This document shows positions 7,743-14,848 of a stretch of DNA of 16,117 bases, one piece after another (the first letter of the stretch is position 1; every line of letters starts with the position of its first letter). The position numbers and the translations under genes were made by a program. A model generated the notes under the pieces. It searched no databases, was not told the origin of the DNA, and saw only the letters and a list, made by a program, of their open reading frames with translations. Source of the DNA: Armatimonadia bacterium (GTDB lineage Bacteria > Armatimonadota > Zipacnadia > Zipacnadales > UBA11051); assembly GCA_039683575.1 (NCBI GenBank), contig JBDKRC010000259.1, forward strand, positions 1 through 16,117, read 5' to 3'.

Positions 7743-7790
7743 GCTGTAGGGCGGCGCGACGGCTGCGTCGCAGGGGGCTCGTATCCCGCC
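7743..7790 (+). repeat. Single family-1 REP (copy 4), with a 20-nt insert at 7753-7772
   Basis: GCTGTAGGGC[GGCGCGACGGCTGCGTCGCA]GGGGGCTCGTATCCCGCC. Confidence 0.8.
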
Positions 7791-7797
7791 GCCTCAA

Positions 7798-7897
7798 CGC
7801 GTAGGTGGGTTTGTCCCCAAACCCACATCTTGCCGGTGGTGTCGGTTCGAGACGAACCGACCTACGCGGTTCATGGGCGAGACGCCCGACCTACGCG
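7798..7897. repeat. Cluster of three family-2 GTAG REPs
   Basis: GTAGGTGGGTTTGTCCCCAAACCCAC (+, 7801-7826); GTAGGTCGGTTCGTCTCGAACCGAC (-, 7841-7865); GTAGGTCGGGCGTCTCGCCCA (-, 7874-7894); each preceded by CGC. Confidence 0.8.
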
Positions 7898-7976
7898 GTG
7901 ACTGTTTCGGTTTTGGGTATAATGGGAGGGGCCGACGGCGGCCCCTCTCGCTTCAAATGCTCAGGGGGCGTGCGGC

Positions 7977-8978
7977 GTGATTCTTGTTCTTTCGGCCAAT
8001 GCCGGCATAGATCGCACCTATGAGGTAGCCAACTTCACGGTTGGGCACTATCACCACCCTCGTCGCTTCCGGGTCATACCCGGTGGCAAAGGCGTGAACG
8101 TCGCGCGCGTGCTACGCAAGCTTGGCAACGAGGTCATGGTGACGGGCTTTGCAGGCGGGAACGTGGGCAACCATCTGACCGCCATGCTGCGAGCCGAGGG
8201 AATTCGCCCTGAGTTCGTCAAAATCGCCGAAGAGTCGCGCCTGTGTCTGAACATCGTTGACGAAACGACCAGATCGCAGACGCAGCTTGACGAGGTCGGG
8301 CCGCTGGTGTCACCGGCGGAACTCGACCTGCTCCACCGGCAGTGGACCAAGCTGCTGCGGCACTGCAAACTGGCGGTGATAGCCGGCAGCGCGCCGCGCG
8401 GGGTGCCTTTTGAGGTCTACACCGACTTCATCTTCGCGGCCAAAGAAGCGCGGCTGCCGGTGGTGCTGGACGTGCGTGAGCCATACCTGGCCGAGGCAGT
8501 ACAGGCCGGCCCCACGATTGTGAAGCCGAACCTGGAGGAGCTCTCCAGTCTGGTGCAGAGTGAACTCAGCGTGCCGACAGGCGTCACAGTGGCCGCCAGG
8601 GACCTGCTGCGCCACGGCATCAAGCTGGTGCTGGCCTCGCTGGGCAAGCAGGGCGCCATCGCAGTGACTGCCGAGGCGGGGAACTGGTGGGCGAAGTCGC
8701 CAGCCGTGGAGCAGGTGAGCCCGGTCGGCTCGGGTGACGCCATGGTTGCCGGGCTGATCCACGCGGGCCTGCGCAAAGAGGGGCTGCAGGGGCGGCTGCG
8801 GTGGGCGGTGGCGGCCGGGGCGGCCAATACGGCAAAACTCGGCGCGGCGTGCTGCGAGGCCGAAGAGATTGAGAAGCTGGTGCCGGAAGTGAAGGTCGAG
8901 CAGCTAACGGAAGAGGGCCTCGTTCAGGCCCAGCCGGAAGCGCCGCCGGCGGCGGCGCCACAGGCGCCGCATGGATAA
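7977..8978 (+). CDS. 1-phosphofructokinase family hexose kinase (PfkB)
   Basis: [56 protein letters not shown] at 7918-7923 upstream. Confidence 0.9.
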   Translation: MILVLSANAGIDRTYEVANFTVGHYHHPRRFRVIPGGKGVNVARVLRKLGNEVMVTGFAGGNVGNHLTAMLRAEGIRPEFVKIAEESRLCLNIVDETTRSQTQLDEVGPLVSPAELDLLHRQWTKLLRHCKLAVIAGSAPRGVPFEVYTDFIFAAKEARLPVVLDVREPYLAEAVQAGPTIVKPNLEELSSLVQSELSVPTGVTVAARDLLRHGIKLVLASLGKQGAIAVTAEAGNWWAKSPAVEQVSPVGSGDAMVAGLIHAGLRKEGLQGRLRWAVAAGAANTAKLGAACCEAEEIEKLVPEVKVEQLTEEGLVQAQPEAPPAAAPQAPHG

Positions 8979-8991
8979 AGGGAGGCCACAT

Positions 8992-9195
8992 ATGTTTGGC
9001 CTGGGCACAAGCGAAATTCTGCTGGTTATACTGGTCATTCTGCTGCTCTTCGGGGCCAAGAAGATCCCGGAGATGATGCGCGGGATGGGGCAGGGACTGC
9101 GGGAGTTCAAAAAGGCTGCGTCGGAAGCGACGGACGACATCAAAAAGGCCGTGGAAGACACCGACAATGAGCCGCCGAAGTCTGATAAAGTATAG
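8992..9195 (+). CDS. tatA: Twin-arginine translocase TatA/TatE subunit
   Basis: [50 protein letters not shown] at 8981-8985. Confidence 0.95.
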   Translation: MFGLGTSEILLVILVILLLFGAKKIPEMMRGMGQGLREFKKAASEATDDIKKAVEDTDNEPPKSDKV

Positions 9196-9706
9196 CTTCA
9201 GCCTGGCTATAGTCCTGGCCACTGTCCTGGCACATGCCGCCGCGGGCGGGCTGCTGTCGCTACTGCCGGCATGCAACGTGGTCAGAGGCTGGGTTATCGT
9301 CGCGGGTGCTGACAAGCAGGCGGCTACCACGCAGGCCATGTACAGCCTGTACGATGGCGCTGTGCCGAGCATGCTCAAGGATGGCATCACGTCCGCTGCC
9401 CAGCGCGTGTATAGGGACGGGACGGGGCGCCTGACGGTCGATATTTTCCGCTTCAGCAGCCCCGGCAAGGCCATGGCCTATTACGCGCGCCGGAAGGCCG
9501 AAATCAGGGCTTGTAGCGCATTTGGCGCGATCACGGGATTGAGCCAGGGCGGCGTCACGGCGACCTCGGGCCGCACCACCATCGGCTATGCCTGGAACAA
9601 GGGCTACTGTACCAGCCTCTCCGTCAACAGCACGACCGCTGCGGACCAGGAAGCGGTGCGGCGCATGGCCCGGCATATCAACGGGAAGATCGGCGCCCTG
9701 AAGTAG
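9167..9706 (+). CDS. Exported hypothetical protein with Tat-like signal; resembles DUF6599
   Basis: N-terminus MSRRSLIK + hydrophobic stretch + AHA; segment MYSLYDGA...G...Y...[14 protein letters not shown] recalls DUF6599 (from memory, not searched). Confidence 0.7.
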   Translation: MSRRSLIKYSFSLAIVLATVLAHAAAGGLLSLLPACNVVRGWVIVAGADKQAATTQAMYSLYDGAVPSMLKDGITSAAQRVYRDGTGRLTVDIFRFSSPGKAMAYYARRKAEIRACSAFGAITGLSQGGVTATSGRTTIGYAWNKGYCTSLSVNSTTAADQEAVRRMARHINGKIGALK

Positions 9707-9732
9707 ACAGGCACTCGCTAATGTGGCATGAT
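9704..9732 (+). promoter_or_regulatory. Putative sigma70 promoter for cysS
   Basis: TAGACA (9704-9709), 17 bp, CATGAT (9727-9732), with an extended -10 TG. Confidence 0.55.
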
Positions 9733-9734
9733 TG

Positions 9735-9764
9735 CGCAGCGAATAAGTCGCTGCGTTTTTGTTT
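9735..9764 (+). terminator. Intrinsic terminator of the pfkB-tatA-hypothetical transcript
   Basis: CGCAGCGA-ATAAG-TCGCTGCG followed by TTTTTGTTT. Confidence 0.8.
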
Positions 9765-9796
9765 GGCGCGGCTTCGGGCCGCGCAGGAGGACCGGA

Positions 9797-11191
9797 ATGA
9801 AGCTGTTCAACTCGCTCACCCAGCACAAAGAAGAATTTCAGCCGCTCGAGCCGGGGGTAGTGCGTCTGTACTCCTGCGGCCCGACGGTCTATGACTTCCC
9901 CCACATCGGCAATCTGCGCACTTTCCTGTTCGGGGACGTGCTCTGCCGGACGCTGCGGCACAAGGGGTTTGAGGTCCGGCAGGTCATGAACCTGACCGAT
10001 GTGGACGACAAGACCATCGCGCGGTCCATCCGCGAGGGCGTGACCCTGCAGGAGTACACGGAGCGCTACACGCAGTACTTCTTCGAAGACCTCAACACCA
10101 TGCGGATTGAGCCCGCGTGGCAGTACCCAAAGGCCACCGAGCACATCCCGCAGATGCTCGAGTTGATCAAGATGCTGGAGGACAAGGGACACGCCTACGA
10201 GCGCGAGGGCAGCGTATACTTCGATATCAGCAGCTTTCCGAAGTATGGGCGGCTGTCGGGCGTGAGTGCCGAGGAGCGGGCCGACAGCGGCTTCGGGCGG
10301 CTCGACAGCGACGAGTACGAGCGCGACGCCGCGCAGGACTTTGTGCTGTGGAAGGCCGCCAAAGAAGGGGAACCGTCATGGGACAGCCCGTGGGGGCCGG
10401 GACGGCCCGGTTGGCACATCGAGTGCTCGGCCATGTCGCGAGAGCTTCTCGGCGACACGCTGGACATCCACACGGGCGGGGTGGACTTGCTGTTCCCGCA
10501 CCATGAGAACGAGATCGCCCAAAGCGAGGCGGCGACGGGCAAGCCGTTCGTGCGGCTGTGGCTGCACGGGGAACACCTGCTGGTTGATGGTATGAAGATG
10601 TCCAAGAGTCTGGGCAATTTCCACACCCTACGGGACCTTCTGGACAAAGGCTATGACGCCATGGCGATCCGCCACCAGCTTCTCACGGCCCATTACCGCC
10701 ACCAGCTCAACTTCACGCTCGAGGGCGTGGACCAGAGCGCGCAGGCCATCGCGCGGCTGTGGGACTTCGCGGACCGTCTGGACGAGCTACAACCGTCTGA
10801 GACACACAATGACGAGGTCTCGCAGGCGGTGGCAAAGGCCCGCGAGGACTTCGAAGCGGCGCTGGACGACGACCTCAACATCCCCGGGGTGACGGGGACG
10901 GTGTTCGAGGTCATGAAGGTGGCGAACCCGGCGCTGGTGGAGGGTGCGCTCGATCAACAGAATGTTGACGAGATCAAGGCGTTCCTGCAGGTTGCCGACT
11001 CGATCCTGGGCTTCATCGCCCACGAGAAGCAGAGCCTGGACACGGAGATTGAGGGGTTGATCGAGGAGCGCAACCAGGCGCGCAAGGACCGCAATTTCGC
11101 CCGAGCGGACGAGATCCGCGATCAGCTTCTGGCGCAGGGGATCGTGCTGGAAGACAGCGCGCAGGGCACACGGTGGCGCCGGGAAGTCTAG
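9797..11191 (+). CDS. cysS: Cysteine--tRNA ligase
   Basis: YSCGPTVY, HIGN, NLTDVDDK, DFVLWK, GRPGWHIECSAM, DIHTGGVDLLFPHHENEIAQ, KMSKS; ATG at 9797 behind AGGAGG. Confidence 0.98.
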   Translation: MKLFNSLTQHKEEFQPLEPGVVRLYSCGPTVYDFPHIGNLRTFLFGDVLCRTLRHKGFEVRQVMNLTDVDDKTIARSIREGVTLQEYTERYTQYFFEDLNTMRIEPAWQYPKATEHIPQMLELIKMLEDKGHAYEREGSVYFDISSFPKYGRLSGVSAEERADSGFGRLDSDEYERDAAQDFVLWKAAKEGEPSWDSPWGPGRPGWHIECSAMSRELLGDTLDIHTGGVDLLFPHHENEIAQSEAATGKPFVRLWLHGEHLLVDGMKMSKSLGNFHTLRDLLDKGYDAMAIRHQLLTAHYRHQLNFTLEGVDQSAQAIARLWDFADRLDELQPSETHNDEVSQAVAKAREDFEAALDDDLNIPGVTGTVFEVMKVANPALVEGALDQQNVDEIKAFLQVADSILGFIAHEKQSLDTEIEGLIEERNQARKDRNFARADEIRDQLLAQGIVLEDSAQGTRWRREV

Positions 11192-11203
11192 GAGGGAAGG
11201 CTT

Positions 11204-11755
11204 ATGCTGCCCGAGGGGCTTACGGACGACAAGGTCCGCATCGTCATGATTTGCGAAAGCCCTCCGCCCGATCCGGCGGAGGGCTTCTATGCGCCTGAGA
11301 CAGCCGCTTCGGCCTATCGCGCAAACACTCTGCAGGCCTTTAACGAGGCTGGCGTGCCAGTGCAGACCATGAGCGAGATCAGCGCCCTGGGCGTCTACAT
11401 CACCACAGCCGTGAAGACGCCGAAGACGGGCAACGCGGTGGACAAGGCGCTGATGAAACAGGACGCGGCGGCGCTTGAGGAAGAACTGGCGCAGTTCCCG
11501 AACGTGCAGGTATACCTGCTCATGGGGGATGTGGCGATTGCCGCCCTGAACGAGATCGCCCGGCGGCGTACCGGCAAACGGGCCATTCCCGCGGGTTCGA
11601 CATACAAGCTGCGCTCGCAGGAGTTCACCTTCGAGGGCAAGCGCGTGATTCCGTCATATCTGCAGACCGGCGGGAGCTACCAGATCGAGAAGTACAAGCG
11701 CCAGGTCGTGGCGGAGGACATCGGGACCGCGCTGAGTATCGCCGGGGCACGGTAG
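11204..11755 (+). CDS. Uracil-DNA glycosylase superfamily protein (divergent)
   Basis: IVMICESPP (motif A-like), YITTAVK, LEEEL..., LLMGDVA, VIPSY; layout fits the UDG-like fold; 12 nt after cysS. Confidence 0.7.
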   Translation: MLPEGLTDDKVRIVMICESPPPDPAEGFYAPETAASAYRANTLQAFNEAGVPVQTMSEISALGVYITTAVKTPKTGNAVDKALMKQDAAALEEELAQFPNVQVYLLMGDVAIAALNEIARRRTGKRAIPAGSTYKLRSQEFTFEGKRVIPSYLQTGGSYQIEKYKRQVVAEDIGTALSIAGAR

Positions 11756-11803
11756 GAACTTCAGCCTGCCAGCGCGAATAATGTCCTACAGGAGGCGACG
11801 ATC

Positions 11804-12424
11804 ATGCGTATTCTGATCGCTCTGGTAGGATTGCTATGCTGCGTGGCGGCATGGCCGGTAACGGTTGGCTCTGTGGATCTCATTGACGGCCTGAACAGCG
11901 GCGCCCTGTGGGCTGAATTCCATGGCGCGGGTGACAGGGCCGTAAGCGGGAGCATCGGGCGCAACGGCGACGCGCCCCTGATGGCGAACATCGCTCCCGG
12001 AACGCAGTTCTGGGCGCAGGCGGGCGGACGGCAGGGGCAGACGACGCTGGGCTCCGTCCCGGTTGACCTCACTGGCCGCCGCGTTGCTACTATCACCATC
12101 CACACCTGTTGCACCAACCTCGGGCTGCCCGAGGCGACCGCCGCGGACACTATGGTGCCTGTGGCTTCCCCCAATCCCTCGTTAGCCGGTCTACTGGCCC
12201 TCCCCGGAATTGAGTCGCGTCCCCACATGGCTGTGCAGGCCGCAGTGTGGGCGTTGGCGAATGATCCCCGCGGCGTGACGATTCGCAGGGTGCTACGGGG
12301 GGAATTGCCCCGCAGTAGCACACAGGCGGAACGGGGGGAGTTTTGCTCCAAGATGGTTGCGCTGGCGGAGGAACTGGTCCGGTCAGCCGGGCTGGAGCCG
12401 CGCGACTATAACCTCTTCCGCTAG
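11804..12424 (+). CDS. Secreted hypothetical protein
   Basis: AGGAGG RBS, N-terminal signal peptide, 206-aa ORF; contains CCTNLGLP and VQAAVW motifs. Confidence 0.8.
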   Translation: MRILIALVGLLCCVAAWPVTVGSVDLIDGLNSGALWAEFHGAGDRAVSGSIGRNGDAPLMANIAPGTQFWAQAGGRQGQTTLGSVPVDLTGRRVATITIHTCCTNLGLPEATAADTMVPVASPNPSLAGLLALPGIESRPHMAVQAAVWALANDPRGVTIRRVLRGELPRSSTQAERGEFCSKMVALAEELVRSAGLEPRDYNLFR

Positions 12425-12458
12425 ACCCCCTGCCAAGGAAGAAAGAAGGGATTCGCTT

Positions 12459-14765
12459 ATGTGGCGACTGTTGGTCCTGCTGTCAGGCGTGGCTGCCGTT
12501 TCGTCGGCTCTGGCTGCACCTGTGCTGTCCGAGGATTTCGAGCGAGGGCAGGGAGAGTGGCGCTTTAGCGCAACCCGTGGCAACGTCAGCGGCGTGCTGG
12601 ACAATACTGAGCCTGCGGGCGGGCACTCGCTGCGGCTGGATGTCACTGATCCCGCCGGGCGCGCCACCTGGACCTACGGGCCGAAGATTGCACTCAAGCC
12701 ATCGACAGCGTACCGGCTGCAGGTCAAGGTCATGCGGGTGGCGGTACAGCCGGGCGGCCGGGCCTACCTGATCCTGTATGAAGACGGTATCGAAGCCCCG
12801 TCGCACTGGCACAACACGGCCTATATGAGCGGCACGCAGGACTGGCAGACGCAGACCGTGGACTTCAAGACCAAGCCGGAGACGAGTTGGGCGCGGTTGC
12901 AGGTGAAACTGTGGGAGTCGCCAGGTTACGCCTGGTTCGATGACGTCACGATCGAGGAGCTTCCGGCGGGTACTCCGCCGGTTGAGGTCCAGCAGGGCCA
13001 GCGACAGCCGCCGCCCGACGATGGGTCGCCGCTGCAGCTTATGTGGTATCCGGCCCACCGCCGGCCTGACTGCACGCTGCACCTGCTGCCGGGGCTTGTG
13101 AACCCGGTGAGCATGTTCTTCTGGGGCCGGAAGGATGAGGTCAAAGACCCGCACCTCGTCATCGAGACCCCGCTGCAGGTGAAGATCACCGGCCCGGTGA
13201 CGTGCAGCCGGGACACGATCCCTGAGCCGGTCACGCTCAAGCCGGAGAAGATCACGCGCGATGGACAGGCTGCCTTGCGCTGGCGGGTGCCGGTACGCGA
13301 GGCGGAGCTTGTGAAGCGACTGAAGCCCGGCGGGCCGGAGTGGACGGCCTATCACTTTGTGTACGTCGAGCCGCAGGCGGGCTGCCCGCAGAGCTTCCAG
13401 TGGCGCTGGCGAACCGAAAGCGGCGGCCAACTCGGGCCGGAGCATGAGATTGCGGCGCAGTTGGAGAAGACCAAGCCGGGCAAGCTGGCCCGCGTAGCGC
13501 AGTTCCCGCTGTATGCGCAGCATACGGATGCCCTGAGGCTGCCGACGAAACAGGCCCGCCGGGCCGTGCTGGACTACCTCAACTATGCCGCGATTGAGGG
13601 CGGGCTGTCGCTGGGCAGCTATCAGCCTGAGTATGCCCCCATAGACCGTGAACTCGGGCAGGCGGGGTTCTTCACGTGGGCCTGGCTTTGGGATGGGTAC
13701 AACCAGGCGGGTGGGGGAGACTTCCCGCTGGTGATGGACACCGGCAAGGCAGACAACGGGAAGATGTGCACCCAGGCGCAGGTGGAGCGCGCCGAGCCCT
13801 GGTGGGGCCTGCTGAAGGAGACATACAAGAAGAGACTATCGCTGGGCGCGACGATGCTCATCATCAACTATGAGCCCCCGGTCTTCAACTGCTGCTTCTG
13901 CGACCGCTGCCGGGCGGCCTTCGCGGCGTTCGCGAAGCTGCCGCTGGAGCAAGTCAGGGCCATGACGCCGCTGCAGATCCAGCAGTTGCCGGACAATGCC
14001 TGGGGCCACTTCCGGGCGTGGCAAAACGGACAAATCGTCAAGAATCACGCCAACGCGATTCATGCGGTGAACCCCAAAGTGCGCCTCGGGCTATGCGGGC
14101 CGCCGTACTCGGAATGGATCGCCAACCGCGGCATGGACATCCGGCTCTTCGAACCTGAGGTGGCCTTCCATGCGCCGATGATCTACGAGGTCGGCACCCA
14201 ATACGCCGGGCCGACGCGGGAGACTTGCGAGCAGACCAAGGCTCCCGTCATCCCGTTCGTGCTGGCGTCAGACCTCGCCGTGCCGCACGTCTTCCCGACG
14301 GCGGAGCAGTTGCGCGTCAACCTGCTCGCCACGGCGGCCAGCGGCGGCAAGGGCGCAGTCCTGTGGGTCGGCATCGAGTCGCTCGACGGCGAGTTCATGA
14401 ACGCCCTGCGGCAGTCAATCGGCGAAATCGCACTGATGCAGCCGTATCTGACGGGCGGCAAGCGCATCGATGGCCCGAAGCTGGACGTGGCGCGGCAGCA
14501 GGTGCGGCTGGTGAAGGTGGGGGAGAAGACCTTCGAGGTATCGCCCGAGAACTCGGGGATCGTGGTGTGGCAATGGGCGTGGCAGTCGCCGAAAGGGCAT
14601 ATGGCGCTACTTGCCAACTATGAGACCGACAACCCGCAGCATGTGCGCCTGACGGGTGAAGGTATCGAGAAGGCGAAGACCCTGTTTGGCGTGCCGGTGA
14701 CACCGGGACAGGGCCAGGCGACGGTGGTCCTCCCGCCGGGGGCGTTGACCGCGATTGCCTGGTAG
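12459..14765 (+). CDS. Large secreted protein: CBM4/9-like domain plus putative glycoside-hydrolase-like domain
   Basis: Signal peptide MWRLLVLLSGVAAVSSALA; DFE.G...W...GTQDWQ...AWFDDVTIEE (CBM4_9-like); NYEP...CFCDRCRAAF...W..FR (GH42/GHL-like Cys cluster). Start moved to ATG 12459 to avoid overlap with the upstream gene. Confidence 0.75.
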   Translation: MWRLLVLLSGVAAVSSALAAPVLSEDFERGQGEWRFSATRGNVSGVLDNTEPAGGHSLRLDVTDPAGRATWTYGPKIALKPSTAYRLQVKVMRVAVQPGGRAYLILYEDGIEAPSHWHNTAYMSGTQDWQTQTVDFKTKPETSWARLQVKLWESPGYAWFDDVTIEELPAGTPPVEVQQGQRQPPPDDGSPLQLMWYPAHRRPDCTLHLLPGLVNPVSMFFWGRKDEVKDPHLVIETPLQVKITGPVTCSRDTIPEPVTLKPEKITRDGQAALRWRVPVREAELVKRLKPGGPEWTAYHFVYVEPQAGCPQSFQWRWRTESGGQLGPEHEIAAQLEKTKPGKLARVAQFPLYAQHTDALRLPTKQARRAVLDYLNYAAIEGGLSLGSYQPEYAPIDRELGQAGFFTWAWLWDGYNQAGGGDFPLVMDTGKADNGKMCTQAQVERAEPWWGLLKETYKKRLSLGATMLIINYEPPVFNCCFCDRCRAAFAAFAKLPLEQVRAMTPLQIQQLPDNAWGHFRAWQNGQIVKNHANAIHAVNPKVRLGLCGPPYSEWIANRGMDIRLFEPEVAFHAPMIYEVGTQYAGPTRETCEQTKAPVIPFVLASDLAVPHVFPTAEQLRVNLLATAASGGKGAVLWVGIESLDGEFMNALRQSIGEIALMQPYLTGGKRIDGPKLDVARQQVRLVKVGEKTFEVSPENSGIVVWQWAWQSPKGHMALLANYETDNPQHVRLTGEGIEKAKTLFGVPVTPGQGQATVVLPPGALTAIAW

Positions 14766-14788
14766 CTGGCGGTCGGTTATAGACACGC

Positions 14789-14822
14789 AAAAGCGCGGAG
14801 GCCCTCGGCCTCCGCGCTTTCT
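14789..14822. terminator. Bidirectional intrinsic terminator
   Basis: AAAGCGCGGAGGCC-CTC-GGCCTCCGCGCTTT between convergent genes. Confidence 0.85.
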
Positions 14823-14848
14823 GATACCTGACCCCTGATCCCTGCCCC
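14821..14848. repeat. Four degenerate 7-nt tandem repeats
   Basis: CTGATAC CTGACCC CTGATCC CTGCCCC. Confidence 0.65.

Noticed and set aside
1696-7897. Repeats as a CRISPR array or integron attC sites
   Set aside because: Copies are dispersed inverted pairs with a constant spacer; there are no unique regular spacers, cas genes or integrase, and the flanking genes are housekeeping
9707-9796. T-box riboswitch upstream of cysS
   Set aside because: The region is only about 90 nt and lacks the T-box consensus and stem I
12357-12458. Longer ORF-track starts (12357; also 1696, 2142, 3458, 4655, 8971, 9728)
   Set aside because: Downstream starts have better RBS spacing and match the expected family N-termini or signal peptides
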